A DNA stretch of 64,000 nucleotides, from positions 28,715,335 to 28,779,334 of the forward strand of contig JAUZTB010000033.1 in the NCBI GenBank assembly GCA_034780895.1, read 5' to 3'. The DNA is from Rhynchobatus australiae (lineage: Eukaryota). A program made the translations under genes and the position numbers. Position 1 is the first letter of the stretch. Every line of letters begins with the position of its first letter. Shown here in pieces: positions 38,150-49,335 of the stretch. The notes under the pieces are model-generated. The model saw only the letters and a list, made by a program, of their open reading frames with translations, did not search any database and was not told the DNA's origin.

Positions 38150-38602
38150 CATCACAAGCGCATTCCTCCCCACCATCAAAAATATCTACACGAGGCTCTG
38201 GCTCAAGAAGGCAACATCTATCATCAAAGATCCCCACCATCCAGGCCATGCCATCTTCTTGCAGCTAACATTGGGCAGGAGGTACAGAAATCTGAAGTCC
38301 CACACCACCAGGTTCAAGAACAGCTGCTTCCCTTCAACCATTTGGTTCTTTAACCAACCTGCACAACCCTCATCACTACCTCAGTAGAGCAACACCATGC
38401 CCACTCTACACTACAATGAACTTTGGGTTTTTTTCTGTTCTGTGTTCTTTCTTGTATAATTTTGCATTATCTATGCTTAATTTATGTTTTTCTTGTGAAT
38501 TTGGTGTCTCTAATGCTACGTGCCTGTAATGCTGCTACAAGTAAGTTTTTCATTGCACCTGTGCATGCATGTACTTGTGCCTATGACAATAAACTCAACT
38601 TT
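38150..38602 (+). mobile_element. Rex1/Babar LINE 3' end
   Basis: KKATSIIKDPHHPGHAIFLQLTLGRRYRNLKSHTTRFKNSCFP and a 3' UTR ending ATGACAATAAACTCAAC. Confidence 0.9.
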
Positions 38603-38879
38603 GTCTTATCCAATGCAGCTACAAATCTGGCATCTTAAAAATTGCCCAGGTGCACAAATGGACAAATTGAATTACTGTCCCAATCTACTATCACTTATCA
38701 ACAAAGTTAACAAATGATCATTAAGGTTATCAGGCGGAATTTACTTATCAATAAACAGTTCAACTCCCATCACAGGCACAGATCTATGATCTTTGTTCCA
38801 AAGATGGTACCAAAGACCTTTGGTCTTTTCAAAGCCTTATACAATCTCAGCAAGATATTCTTAATTCTACAGTTCAAAT

Positions 38880-40670
38880 CCTTTGAAATAGAGGCCATTT
38901 GCCTTTGCTTTCCTAACTATTAGCTACACCTACATGTTTACTTCATGTCCAGTGCACTAATATCACTTTGTACACCAACATTGAATTCTTCATTTAAAAA
39001 ATATTCTGTTTCCTGGACTTCTGGACTTCCTCCCATTGTGAATCAATCACATTTTACCACATTACAATCCATCTCCCACTTGCCTAATTTGTCTACATTC
39101 TTTAGCAAACCCTTCACATCCTTCTCACGGTTCATTTTCCCACCAAGCTTTGTGTCAGCAACAAATTGGGACACTTTATTTCTCACTAAAGTCAATAATA
39201 TAAATTCCTAGCAGTCAAGGACATGGTACTGATCCCTGCAGCACTCCGCAAGGCACGGCCAACCTGAAATCAAAGCATTTATGCGTAGTCTCTGCTTTTT
39301 GTGCTTTTTCCTAGAAATATTGATGCATAACTACAACCGCTTGTGTCTTTTATGTGGACCTTCTCCAATACTTTTGAAGATCCAAATACATGAATTCCTT
39401 TGGTTCTCTTTTATCTATTCAGCTAACTACATCCTCAAAAACTCCAATAGATTTGTCAAATACTTGTTTCATAAAATAATGTTCTGTCTGCTTAATCATC
39501 TTGTCATTTTGTAATGTTATGTAACTAAATCCGTAAAGATAGATTCCAGCATTTTGTAAAAGATAATTATTAGGTNNNNNNNNNNNNNNNNNNNNNNNNN
39601 NNNNNNNNNNNNNNNNNNNNNNNNNNNNNNNNNNNNNNNNNNNNNNNNNNNNNNNNNNNNNNNNNNNNNNNNNNNATTAGGTTAACTAGACAATTGTTCC
39701 CAACAATTTTGCAGTTCTCAAATAGTAGTGTGACATTTGCTCCTTCCAATCCAGCTTCATTTGTTACATTGTCATTCGTCTAGAAGAATGGTCTTGAACA
39801 TCCCTTTACAGCCTTTATGCTCTCCAAACTATAGATTAAGAGCACTTGCGCTTACAGTCACCCTCAGCATTTCTTCCAAGGGAGAAGAGTAAATGTGTGC
39901 ATAAATTTGAGATGTGGACATCTGCTTCTAAAACCTATAAAGTGAAAATTCATAAATTAAAGGATCTCATAATTCACAGGATTTCCTTGGAGTGTTTCAA
40001 TATTTCCCCCACTATAAACTCAGATGCATAAAAATAATTCAATATTTCTGATAATTCCTAATTTTCATTTACAGGTATGTTTCCCCATTATCATTAATTA
40101 AGGAGCTTGCATTGTTCTTGCCCATTCTTTTTTCCTACCATAGTCTTGAATTTTTTTGGGAAGGGAGTAATTATGATATCATCATTTGCCTTTTGTAACT
40201 TTGGGTTTTTTTTGTGTTTTGTTGTTTGTATTTCTCCAAGACATTAGGATCTGTTTTTTTGCCTTACTGTATATTGTTGATTTATGTTGTCCTTTCCCTC
40301 ATTAGTCATTGATGATTGTTTTTCTTTGACATGTAGAGTTCTTCCTCTTTTAGGCCATTATCTATATTTGTACCACATTAAATACCTTTTGAACATCTGC
40401 TACTGATCTCCCACCATTTTATCCACAGACAGCTTACTGTGGAAAGCTTTTGAATCTTTCTCTTGAAGACAGTTTCAACTTAATACGAATCTTTCTAACT
40501 ATTTTGTGCTTCTTACATTCAAACGCCACATTCATTTCAAATCATATAATAAAATTATGTTAAGTAAACTTGCACGCACCACTGAGCTGTTAACTAAATT
40601 CGATTCCTTATGCATAACTAAATCAAGTATGCCTACTGCCTTGTTGGCTCTAGGGCACTATTGTTGCACC
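38880..40670 (-). mobile_element. Old CR1 ORF2 fragments (RT back to endonuclease end)
   Basis: AATTTGTTGCTGACACAAAGCTTGGTGG (cf. FADDTKLGG) and GGAGTGCTGCAGGGATCAGTAC (GVLQGSV) on the minus strand; AGAGCCAACAAGGCAGTAGGCATACTTGATTTAG (EPTR..AILDL) near 40620-40650. Confidence 0.7.
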
Positions 40671-40757
40671 ATTTTAACCATATAACAGACCCTAAAGGTG
40701 GAGGTAATTATATGGTTTACAGTTACATGGGTCAACAAGCTCACAAAAATAAGACTT

Positions 40758-40997
40758 TGTAGCCGAACGCAACGTGCTTCCGAAAGGAAACCTCGGAGAC
40801 GTGGAGGCCAAATTGAAGGACACTTTACTGAGTGAAACAAAAGGCACATGCGCAAAAATACCCTAGGGCCCCTTCGGCGGACGTTACGTCGGGTCCCCAC
40901 CAGGAGGCCCGCCCTGCTGTTCGATTGCGTTGCGCTCCCGTGTGTCCATCCGCGGCCGCTGACAGCGGTTGGAAACCCATGAGTATGGGCCGCTACA
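40758..40997 (-). repeat. 3' LTR of the CsRn1-like element
   Basis: TGTAGC...GCTACA inverted termini; gap-free alignment with 42435-42674, about 45 mismatches in 240 by hand count. Confidence 0.95.
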
Positions 40998-41015
40998 CCA
41001 CCCTCCCCTCCCTCC
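40998..41015 (-). other. Polypurine tract
   Basis: Minus strand GGAGGGAGGGGAGGGTGG immediately before the 3' LTR TG. Confidence 0.85.
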
Positions 41016-41029
41016 AGAAATGTCCATCG

Positions 41030-41700
41030 GGGGCATGGGACCCCCAGTCTGTGTGTCCTTCTTGGGTGGCCTGCCCCGCTGGCAGGGTGCAGGTACCTTC
41101 ACCAGCTGCCCAATGTCCACATGCGCTGATTTGGGGCGGTCCACTGTGAAAGTCTCTTTGCGGCCACCCACTTCCACGACACACGTAGAGCCATTGTGCC
41201 GGAGCACCCTGAAGGGTCCCTCATACAGCCTTTGCAGAGGTGCCTTGTGTATACCCCTGTGAATGAACATGTACTTGCAGTCCCGTGATACTGCTGCTAC
41301 CATGAAGGTCCAGGTGAAGGAGCTGGGCCAGAAACGCAGCGGGATGGTAGGTGTGCTGCACGTCCAGATAGTCGTGCCATTTGCGGCGGTGAGGTCAGGG
41401 CCCGGGGCCACGTTACAGGTGTTCATGATGGAGGGGGGCAGGACGCTAATTTCAGCCCTAGTGTCCACCAGGAAACGTCGGCCGGAGGCTGTCACAATGG
41501 CCAGCCATTNNNNNNNNNNNNNNNNNNNNNNNNNNNNNNNNNNNNNNNNNNNNNNNNNNNNNNNNNNNNNNNNNNNNNNNNNNNNNNNNNNNNNNNNNNN
41601 NNNNNNNNNGGTGTTCATGATGGAGGGGGGCAGGACGCTAATTTCAGCCCCAGTGTCCACCAGGAAACGTCGGCCGGAGGCTGTCACAATGGCCAGCCAT
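41030..41700 (-). pseudogene. pol: pol remnant: aspartic protease fused in frame to the integrase C-terminal GPY/F region
   Basis: RRFLVDTGAEISVLPP...LTAANGTTI...FTWTFMVAAVSR then DCKYMFIHRGIHKAPLQRLYEGPFRVL...VDRPKSAH; no RT, RNase H or integrase core. Confidence 0.85.
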
Positions 41701-41708
41701 TGAAGCCA

Positions 41709-42390
41709 CTAGCGATGGCCGGCCCTGGCATTTCCCTGGTAAGAACATGGTGGACGGTAGTGACGTGCATTTGACCCCCACCTCTGATAGTAAAAACACC
41801 ATTGGTCTGAGCCTTCCTCCTTGTCCCCTGTGGGTCCCGGTGGCTTCAGTTGTGGGGTTTTGGCCTTGGGCTGCACAGTCGTGGTTAGGCAGATGGAAGC
41901 CACTCCCCGCTGCTCACTCTGTCCGCACAGGCTGTGAGTCTGCGGGGTTCGCCGGAATCCTCATCCGCAAGGAAGGGGCGAGGGTCCTCCGGCAGTTGCT
42001 CGAGGAACAGCCGCTTGAACAAAAAGCACGGCTTATGGCCATCCATGAGCGCCAGCATGTCGTTCATCAACTCAGATGGCTAGCGGTCGCCCAGGCTGTC
42101 CATGTGCAGGAGCCGTGCGCCTGTTCTCAGCTGGAAAGCACGAAGGTGCGGATCAGGACCACAGTTTTAGCGTACCTGTCCTCTGCTGGTGGTCATTGCA
42201 GGAAATCGATGATCCGGCCTGCCGTGTCCTGGTCGAGCGCACTGACCACGTAGTAGTACCACGTGGCATCAGCTGTAATGTCTCTGATGCTGAACTGGGC
42301 CTCAGCCTGCTCGAACCACACTTGGGGCTGAGCGGCCCAGAAAGCCGGGAGCTTGAGCAAGACTGCATTGTGCGAGTCGCTGGAACTCAT
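41709..42390 (-). pseudogene. gag: gag of the CsRn1-like element (premature stop and frameshifts)
   Basis: MSSSDSHNAVLLKLPAFW...YYYVVSALD (stop at 42193), LMNDMLALM...FKRLFLEQLP, WCFYYQRWGSNARHYRPPCSY (CX2HX9CX3C-derived), ending GNARAGHR*. Confidence 0.88.
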
Positions 42391-42419
42391 GTCTCGGGTC
42401 CCAGATGCCGTCTGGAAGT

Positions 42420-42432
42420 GTCGGGGTCACCG
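42420..42432 (-). other. Primer-binding site, tRNA-Trp type
   Basis: CGGTGACCCCGAC 2 nt after the 5' LTR; one change from TGGTGACCCCGAC, the tRNA-Trp PBS. Confidence 0.85.
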
Positions 42433-42434
42433 AA

Positions 42435-42674
42435 TGTAGCCAAACGTGACGCTTTTCCAAAAGGAAAACTCGGAGACGTGGAGGTCAAATCGAAGCACAC
42501 TTTACTGAGCGAAACAAAAGGCGCGCGCGCAAAAGTACCCGAGGGCCCCTTCGACAGACGTAATGTCAGGTCCCCGCCGGAAGGCCCGCCCCGCGGTTTG
42601 ATCACGCCGCGCTCCCGCGTGTCTGGCTGCGGCTGCCGATGGCAGTTCGAAACCCGTGAGTATGGGCTGCTACA
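42435..42674 (-). repeat. 5' LTR of the CsRn1-like element
   Basis: TGTAGC...GCTACA, CpG-rich, 240 bp, adjacent to the PBS. Confidence 0.95.
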
Positions 42675-43599
42675 GCTTACTGGATCCATTGCCTGCCTAT
42701 TGCAGCATTTCTGCTCGATTGAACTGTGTATATGTGATGCATCTCCTACATTCAAATCTGCACTGCAAGTCAGGACAAAAGAAATAAACTGTTAAGTGCA
42801 TCAATACCAATTCATACACTAATTGTTATATTAATATTTATTTAGACCAAACAATTTTGTAATTAACATCAATTGGTGAGAAGCAAGGTGAATAAGGATA
42901 TGTTTGTTCCTTTGAAATGCAATTCTGTGATAACAAAAATCACATTTGATCTCCTGTGGAAGTTCAATAAAACATCAATGGTGCTTGTTTCACATACCTT
43001 TTTAAAATTCTTAAACAGTGTCAATGGAAGGAATAGAAGGGGTGAGGAACTGGCTCTTATTTTAATTTGTGCACATGATAATATTAGATAGCCCCAGATC
43101 AGCCATAACACTTCTCCAAGTTGTGGTGATGTAATTCAGGAACACAAGTCCAATTGCATGAACATGAAATTTCAGTTTGTGTACGTTTAGATGTAGACAA
43201 ACAGGCATTAAACTGGGCATGGTGTGTCAGAGGATCCCTTCAAGCACGTTTTAATAGTAGGAGACAACACTTGGAAGAAAAGAGGCAGCCTGGGCACTTC
43301 TGAGTAATTAAACTACATAATTGTTTGGAAAGCTTTTTTGAATTTTTAATAAAAGTATAACCATTCTGGCCTTGAGAGAGTGCTATATCATGTTTTATAT
43401 GATGGTGGACATGGATTGACAACTTGTGTGCTGAACTTTCTTTCTCTGTTGAATGAGTAACAGGTCCACTGAAAATACCATCATATTTTGAAATAATGGA
43501 AGAGAAGCAAATTGAAAATGCATTCATTGATTTTTTCTACATCTAGAGGTGTCAAATTCTGGTGATTACCAGCCAGAAGCTAACATTTGCTCCTTTTGG

Positions 43600-43950
43600 T
43601 TTAGAACAGGAAAATGAACCAAAGCAGAAATAGGCTGAAAGATCCCATTCATTAAATGACAACGCCAGTCCTTGCCCTCTTCCCACTTATTCTGCAATAC
43701 TCTTAAAGTCCAAATATCTATCAATCTCAACTTTGAATTTAGTTGATGATTGAGTACCTACAGCCCCCTGAGGCAGAGAATACCAAAGTTTCCATTGTCT
43801 TTTCCCCACCTCAGTCCAAACAGCCAGCCCTGTGTTCCAAGAAATGGCCATTGGTTCAGGTTCTCCAGCAAAAGCTGAAACCTCACACCCTCAATTGTAG
43901 TTAATCCCTCTCAGGCATACGTTCCTGAACTACACTGAGTATAGGAAAAT
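43600..43950 (-). mobile_element. Old CR1 3' fragment
   Basis: CCAAATATCTATCAATCTCAACTTTGAAT...CAGCCCCCTGAGGCAGAGAATACCAAAG pattern shared with other CR1 3' ends. Confidence 0.55.
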
Positions 43951-44384
43951 GTTAAACAATATTTTCATGCAGCTTCAATGTGAAGGAATTCTCCCATGTT
44001 GTACTGGCGTCAATGCATGTATATCATTTGAAGGACACACATTTCTTCTTAACATTAATATTTATAAGTTTCTTACAATTAAAAATATTTTTCTATTCTT
44101 GTTACCAAATTGGATAACTTTATTTTTCCCATNNNNNNNNNNNNNNNNNNNNNNNNNNNNNNNNNNNNNNACCTGCCTACAACCCTTAGTATAACAGTTG
44201 CTGCATCCTTACATAAAAAGTTACATTTTACCACCTGTAAATCTGGCCACATGACCATTATCCTTTCATATGTATCATTGAAATGGTTTGTATGGGATAT
44301 AATTAAGCAGCACTAATCATTACGATACCTCATTAGATGTAGCCTGGCTATATAAAAATTACCTACTTTTTACTTAAACAAAAT

Positions 44385-44495
44385 ACTGCAGGTTCTGGAA
44401 GTAAAGCACTTCTGATGAAATGTCATTGATCTGAAATCTTATCTCTATTTCTTTCTCTGCTCCTCAATCTGCAATCTCCAGCATTTTCTGTTAAT
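44385..44495. mobile_element. Penelope-derived short hairpin remnant
   Basis: AAATACTGCAGGTTCTGGAA...CTGATGAAATGTCATTGATCTGAAA...CTCCAGCATTTTCTG. Confidence 0.55.
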
Positions 44496-44499
44496 TTCT

Positions 44500-45690
44500 A
44501 CTTGTTCTTATGTTTTTTTGTCCAATTAAATCATCTAGTCATGCTAATATCTTACCCCAATTCCATGCATCCTTATTTTGTATAATAACCTTCTTTGGAT
44601 GTTAATGTTTGACTTTAAAAAAAATCAAGATAAACCACATCCATCCACTTCCCCTTGTCAACACTGTAAGTTTCATCAAAGTAGTAGACTTGTTAAATAG
44701 TATTCCCCTTCCATAAAACCAAGTAAACCCTTCTAATCAAAATATGATTTAAGTGTCTTGTTACCACTTCATTTCAAATGGGTTACATTAATTTTGTGAC
44801 AGATGGTTTGGTCTAACTTATCTCTATTTCCCCATTTTCTCTCTCCTTTCGAAGTAGTAGTTTTGCATTTGTCCCCCCTTCTAATATTCTTCAGTGTTTC
44901 CAGAATATTTTGGAAATTTGTTAAAAATGCATCTGTATATGCAATGACCACTTTAAAAACCCTCAAATATCGGCCCAGATCCAAGGGCTTTGCGCTGGAT
45001 TTTAGTCCCATTTACACCAATCCTCTCTACTAGTATTAATTAACTATCATTTTTGAGTTATTATGTCTTGTGAAGGGAAATGCAAAATATTCTGCTCTCT
45101 ATCATGTCCTTATCTCTGTTATAATTTTTCCTTTTCTTCCTCCAGGGGATATTCACTAACTTTCAATGCTTTCTACGTTCTAGAGGAAGATCTTACAAAT
45201 GATAGATGTTGCCATTTATACAGTCTATTTTCTCTCTCTATCAATTCTTTAGTGATTTTTTTGCTGGTTTCTAAAACTTGTCTAATCCTTATGCTTCCTA
45301 TTCTTTTTGGTGACATTATAAGACCCTTTTAATCTAATATAATCCTCTTTGGTTAGCCACAGATATTTTTCCCATGGGGTTTTTATTTCCCAGTGGAATG
45401 CATTTTCATAATATGTTTCTTTAAATCCCTCCCATTATTTATCAACTAATGTAATTTACATTAGTTAATTCATTCTTCTGTAATTGATTTTATTTAATAC
45501 ACATGTATCATTCTCTTATGTGAGATATACTGTGAGATTTACAATTAACCATTCTCAATGCACAACACAAAATCTTAAACAGTCCGTTCCCTAGTCGGCT
45601 CCCCATTGCACTGTGGATCAAAACTGTTCCTGCTATGTACTTCATTAAACTACTTCTTTAAATTTAATTTGTCCCGTCTGCATAAAACTN
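44500..45690 (-). mobile_element. Old CR1 ORF2 fragments
   Basis: Minus strand GGGGAAGTGGATGGATGTGGTTTATCTTGATTTT (G..MDVVYLDF), and CAGTGCAATGGGGAGCCGACTAGGGAACGGACTGTTTAAGATT (EPTRE...LD) near 45570-45615. Confidence 0.65.
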
Positions 45691-45907
45691 NNNNNNNNNN
45701 NNNNNNNNNNNNNNNNNNNNNNNNNNNNNNNNNNNNNNNNNNNNNNNNNNNNNNNNNNNNNNNNNNNNNNNNNNNNNNNNNNNNNNNNNAAAACTCAGAA
45801 TCAAGCAAAATTGTTTATATCACTGTGCCATCACCTTCAAATAAATTCACCACAGTGCATAAGTGCATAAGCAGGAGCCCAAGTTTGCCTGACATTGTAT
45901 TGTACAG

Positions 45908-46050
45908 CAGACACAGGAGAACGCAAATGCTGGAAACTGGAGCACGCACACAAAACACCGGAGGAAATCAGCAGGACAGGCAGCATCCATGGAGGGAAAT
46001 GGACAGTCCAGATGAAGGGTCTGTCCTGCCGAGTTCCTCCAGAATTTTGA
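45908..46050. mobile_element. Penelope-derived hairpin remnant
   Basis: GCAAATGCTGGAAACTGGAGCAC...GGAGGAAATCAGCAGGACAGGCAGCATCCATGGAGGGAAATGGACAGTC...CTGTCCTGCCGAGTTCCTCCAG. Confidence 0.7.
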
Positions 46051-48059
46051 GAGTTTCATTGGTCTGTTAAAAAAGGGCAGCAACATGGTGACAAGCAATA
46101 GATGAAGACACCGGAGAAGCAGGTGTGGAAATGAAGAATGATGATAGCGGACGAGAAGGGTGATTCTGGTTTAAGTACAAGGCTTCTCATTTTATTTCAC
46201 AAGCGCATGAAGAAGGTGTGTGATATCCGTCTCTAGTCCCTAACTGTACACTTAACCTATGTCAGGACAAAATAGTGCTCCTGTATCAGGAGAGGCCCAG
46301 AGTGACTAAAAGGACATCTGACGAGGCTGCTTTACTGGCTTAGAAGTTGCCATATTGCAGCAGGGAAGGAGGTCAGAGGTTAGCACAGCATTGAACATCA
46401 TGAGATGCAAAAGGCTTATGTCATTCTGTAAACAGCACAACAGCAACAAAGTTATAAAGCCAAAAAAACACCATTGTTTCTCAATATCTATGCATCCCTT
46501 CAAATAACAGTGCTGAATTAATAGTTTGGGAAACAATTAATTTCCTAGTACTACTTGAACAAACGTAATAGCAAAGTCCCTGATACTTATTTGCATAAAA
46601 TGAATATGGTTGCTGATCTAAAAAACGAAATTCAGAAATAAAATTGACCAAAGGAATTGCATCCCATTTTTCCTGTACATTGCATCAAATTTTGAGGCAA
46701 TATTTTTGAGAAAAGCAGAAGGAATGTGGCCCAAATAAGTTTCATTCTTTGACTTGTAGCCGGCAGAAGAAATTGCGGGCTCAATGAATATGGGGTGAAA
46801 ATCAGACAGGTTTTGAAGAGAACGAGTGAGTGATTCAGAAGATCACTGTTGGTAGGTTGAAAATTTAATCAGTTTCAGATTTGTTTTCTCTGTACAAAGG
46901 TTAAATTCATGGACTCCATAAGTTTGCCTCAGTACTGGTTCACTTTCAATCAACAGAGTGAGATAGATTTACCTTTCTATGGCTGTCTATCCAACAGCAG
47001 CCAGATCTGCAGGTTACCAAGGTGTTAGTATTGGAGATGTTCCTTTTTAAAAGGTTTAAAATGCTTTATAACATGCTGAACTTATTTGATGAAAGCTCTC
47101 CCTCGATGCAGCGGAAGAATCTTAACCAATAGCTGGGTGGCAACCCACCTACAATAATGATAATCTCTCCAATATTTCACCCTNNNNNNNNNNNNNNNNN
47201 NNNNNNNNNNNNNNNNNNNNNNNNNNNNNNNNNNNNNNNNNNNNNNNNNNNNNNNNNNNNNNNNNNNNNNNNNNNNNNNNNNNNNNNNNNNNNNNNNNNN
47301 NNNNNNNNNNNNNNNNNNNNNNNNNNNNNNNNNNNNNNNNNNNNNNNNNNNNNNNNNNNNNNNNNNNNNNNNNNNNNNNNNNNNNNNNNNNNNNNNNNNN
47401 NNNNNNNNNNNNNNNNNNNNNNNNNNNNNNNNNNNNNNNNNNNNNNNNNNNNNNNNNNNNNNNNNNNNNNNNNNNNNNNNNGTATTTTAAAAACATATCC
47501 TTTCCCATCATATTGATTTGACATTATGAAAACTTTTGCCATGGAAAAATATCATTGCAAAACATAATCATTGCATGAGATTTCAGCGGGTGCTGAAATC
47601 CTTTATTCTCATAATAAATATGCCTGACTGCTGCCCAGGCCAACTAAATTGCAACATTCACATTCTGATTTCTAGATGTGCCAAATCACTAAATTCAGCC
47701 AGCTAGTCAAATTTGTATCACAGGAAATAATATTGAAACCACCAAGCTTTATACGGCTAAAATAAATGTTAATATGAAGCCAAGGTTATTGTCAAGAGAA
47801 TGTTACAATATTGGTTGTTCCTCAGTCCCCATTCAAATAAGATTATAATCATTTCTTACTTTCCATTCCAATGGCTTAAAGTGAACTAATTTCTGATTTT
47901 CTAAGTTAATGATAGTATGGTTGGCTGTACCTTATTACTAAGCTAATGATACCATTAAAATCAGCCTCTACTATCAAGTAGGAAGCTATAATTACCCATT
48001 TTGTAATGGAGAAAGTGAGATCCACAATCTGAAGAAGAAAAAGACACCTTGAAATTAAG

Positions 48060-48140
48060 TAGAGCCTTTCATGACCTCAGAACATGCTTAATCCTTTAGA
48101 GTAATTTCAGCCTTTTTGAAGTAAAGTCATTGTTTCAATT
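48060..48140 (-). mobile_element. Deu-domain SINE 3' remnant
   Basis: AGAGCCTTTCATGACCTCAGAACAT...CTTTTTGAAGTAAAGTCATTGTT resembles the recalled SacSINE1-like 3' end; a similar trace occurs at ~17630-17670. Confidence 0.4.
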
Positions 48141-49025
48141 ATTAGCCTCTGCTGTTTGGAGGATCCTGTTCAGTAACTAAGTGCAAGGAAAAAAAGAGAT
48201 TTCTCAAGAATAACAGTGAGATAGGATTTGGCTAAGATATTTTATGTGAAATTTGCCCAGAGTTAAAATGCAGAATACAGGGGCTCCCTGGGTTATGAAT
48301 GACATGGAAAGCTGACTTTATCCAAATTCTCCTATACACTTGAAATAATTTTTCAAGCTAATAATAATAACAAAATAGTTTCATTGCATTCACCAATGAC
48401 TGGATACAGTGCATATTCCATTAGTTTAGTTATGGGTAGCGTTAGGGTGATTATTCAATGAAATGAAAGAATTACAGCAAGTGCAGGTAGAGCGATACGA
48501 AATGGGTTAATAGAGAAAATGGATGTTTCTGACATATGGAGATACGTATCAGTTTATGGACAGTTCTCAGAAACAGAACCTTTATGTAAATTGAGGACTG
48601 CCTGTAATGGTGGGTTTTCCAACATGCAGATGGCGTTCCTGCCCTACCACTGGCTTCATGGTAACCAAGTTGCATAAATCAAAGTCCCATGAAAACAATG
48701 AGATAAATGGGTAATTNNNNNNNNNNNNNNNNNNNNNNNNNNNNNNNNNNNNNNNNNNNNNNNNNNNNNNNNNNNNNNNNNNNNNNNNNNNNNNNNNNNN
48801 NNNNNNNNNNNNNNNNNNNNNNNNNNNNNNNNNNNNNNNNNNNNNNNNNNNNNNNNNNNNNNNNNNNNNNNNNNNNNNNNNNNNNNNNNNNNNNNNNNNN
48901 NNNNNNNNNNNNNNNNNNNNNNNNNNNNNNNNNNNNNNNNNNNNNNNNNNNNNNNNNNNNNNNNNNNNNNNNNNNNNNNNNNNNNNNNNNNNNNNNNNNN
49001 NNNNNNNNNNNNNNNNNNNNNNNNN

Positions 49026-49335
49026 AGAAATTTCTCCTCATCTTGGTTGTAAAGAGTTGGTCCTTCATTCTGAGGCTGTGCCTTCAGAGCCTAGACTCTC
49101 TGACTAATGGAAACATCTTCTCCACGTCCACTCTGTCCGAGCCTTTCAGTATTTGGTAGGTTTCAATGAGATCCCCCCTCATCCTTCTGAACTTCATCAA
49201 GTACAGACCCAGAGCCATTAAGTGCTCCTCATATGTTAAGCCTTTCATTCCTGGGATGAGTCTTGTGAACCTCCTCTGGACCCTCTCCTTAGATATATCT
49301 TTCCTTAGATACGGAGCCCAAAATTGCTCACAATT
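49026..49335 (-). mobile_element. CR1 RT C-terminal fragment
   Basis: CEQFWAPYLRKDI..ERVQRRFTRLIPGMKGLTYEEHL..LGLY...RRMRGDLIETYQILKG. Confidence 0.95.

Larger units (their letters stand above)
40758..42674 (-). mobile_element. Internally deleted non-autonomous Gypsy LTR retrotransposon, CsRn1 clade
   Basis: Two 240-bp TG..CA LTRs, tRNA-Trp-type PBS, PPT, gag KLPAFWAAQPQVWFEQAEAQF, degenerate CHCC motif, protease FLVDTGAEISVLP, integrase tail LQRLYEGPFRVL; flanks ACTT/GCTT (4-bp TSD with one mismatch). Confidence 0.93.

Noticed and set aside
40055-40080. CTAATTTTCATTTACAG|GTATGT recursive-splice-like site
   Set aside because: Lies within an antisense, pyrimidine-rich decayed CR1, where such motifs arise by chance.
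41418-41701. Apparent tandem duplication of the protease active-site region (41418-41509 and 41610-41701)
   Set aside because: The copies differ at only one position and sit on either side of an exactly 100-N gap, while the element's LTRs are ~19% diverged; most likely overlapping contig ends or alleles.
42076-42795. 239-aa and 168-aa plus-strand ORFs over the LTR element
   Set aside because: Antisense shadows of GC-rich gag and LTR sequence.
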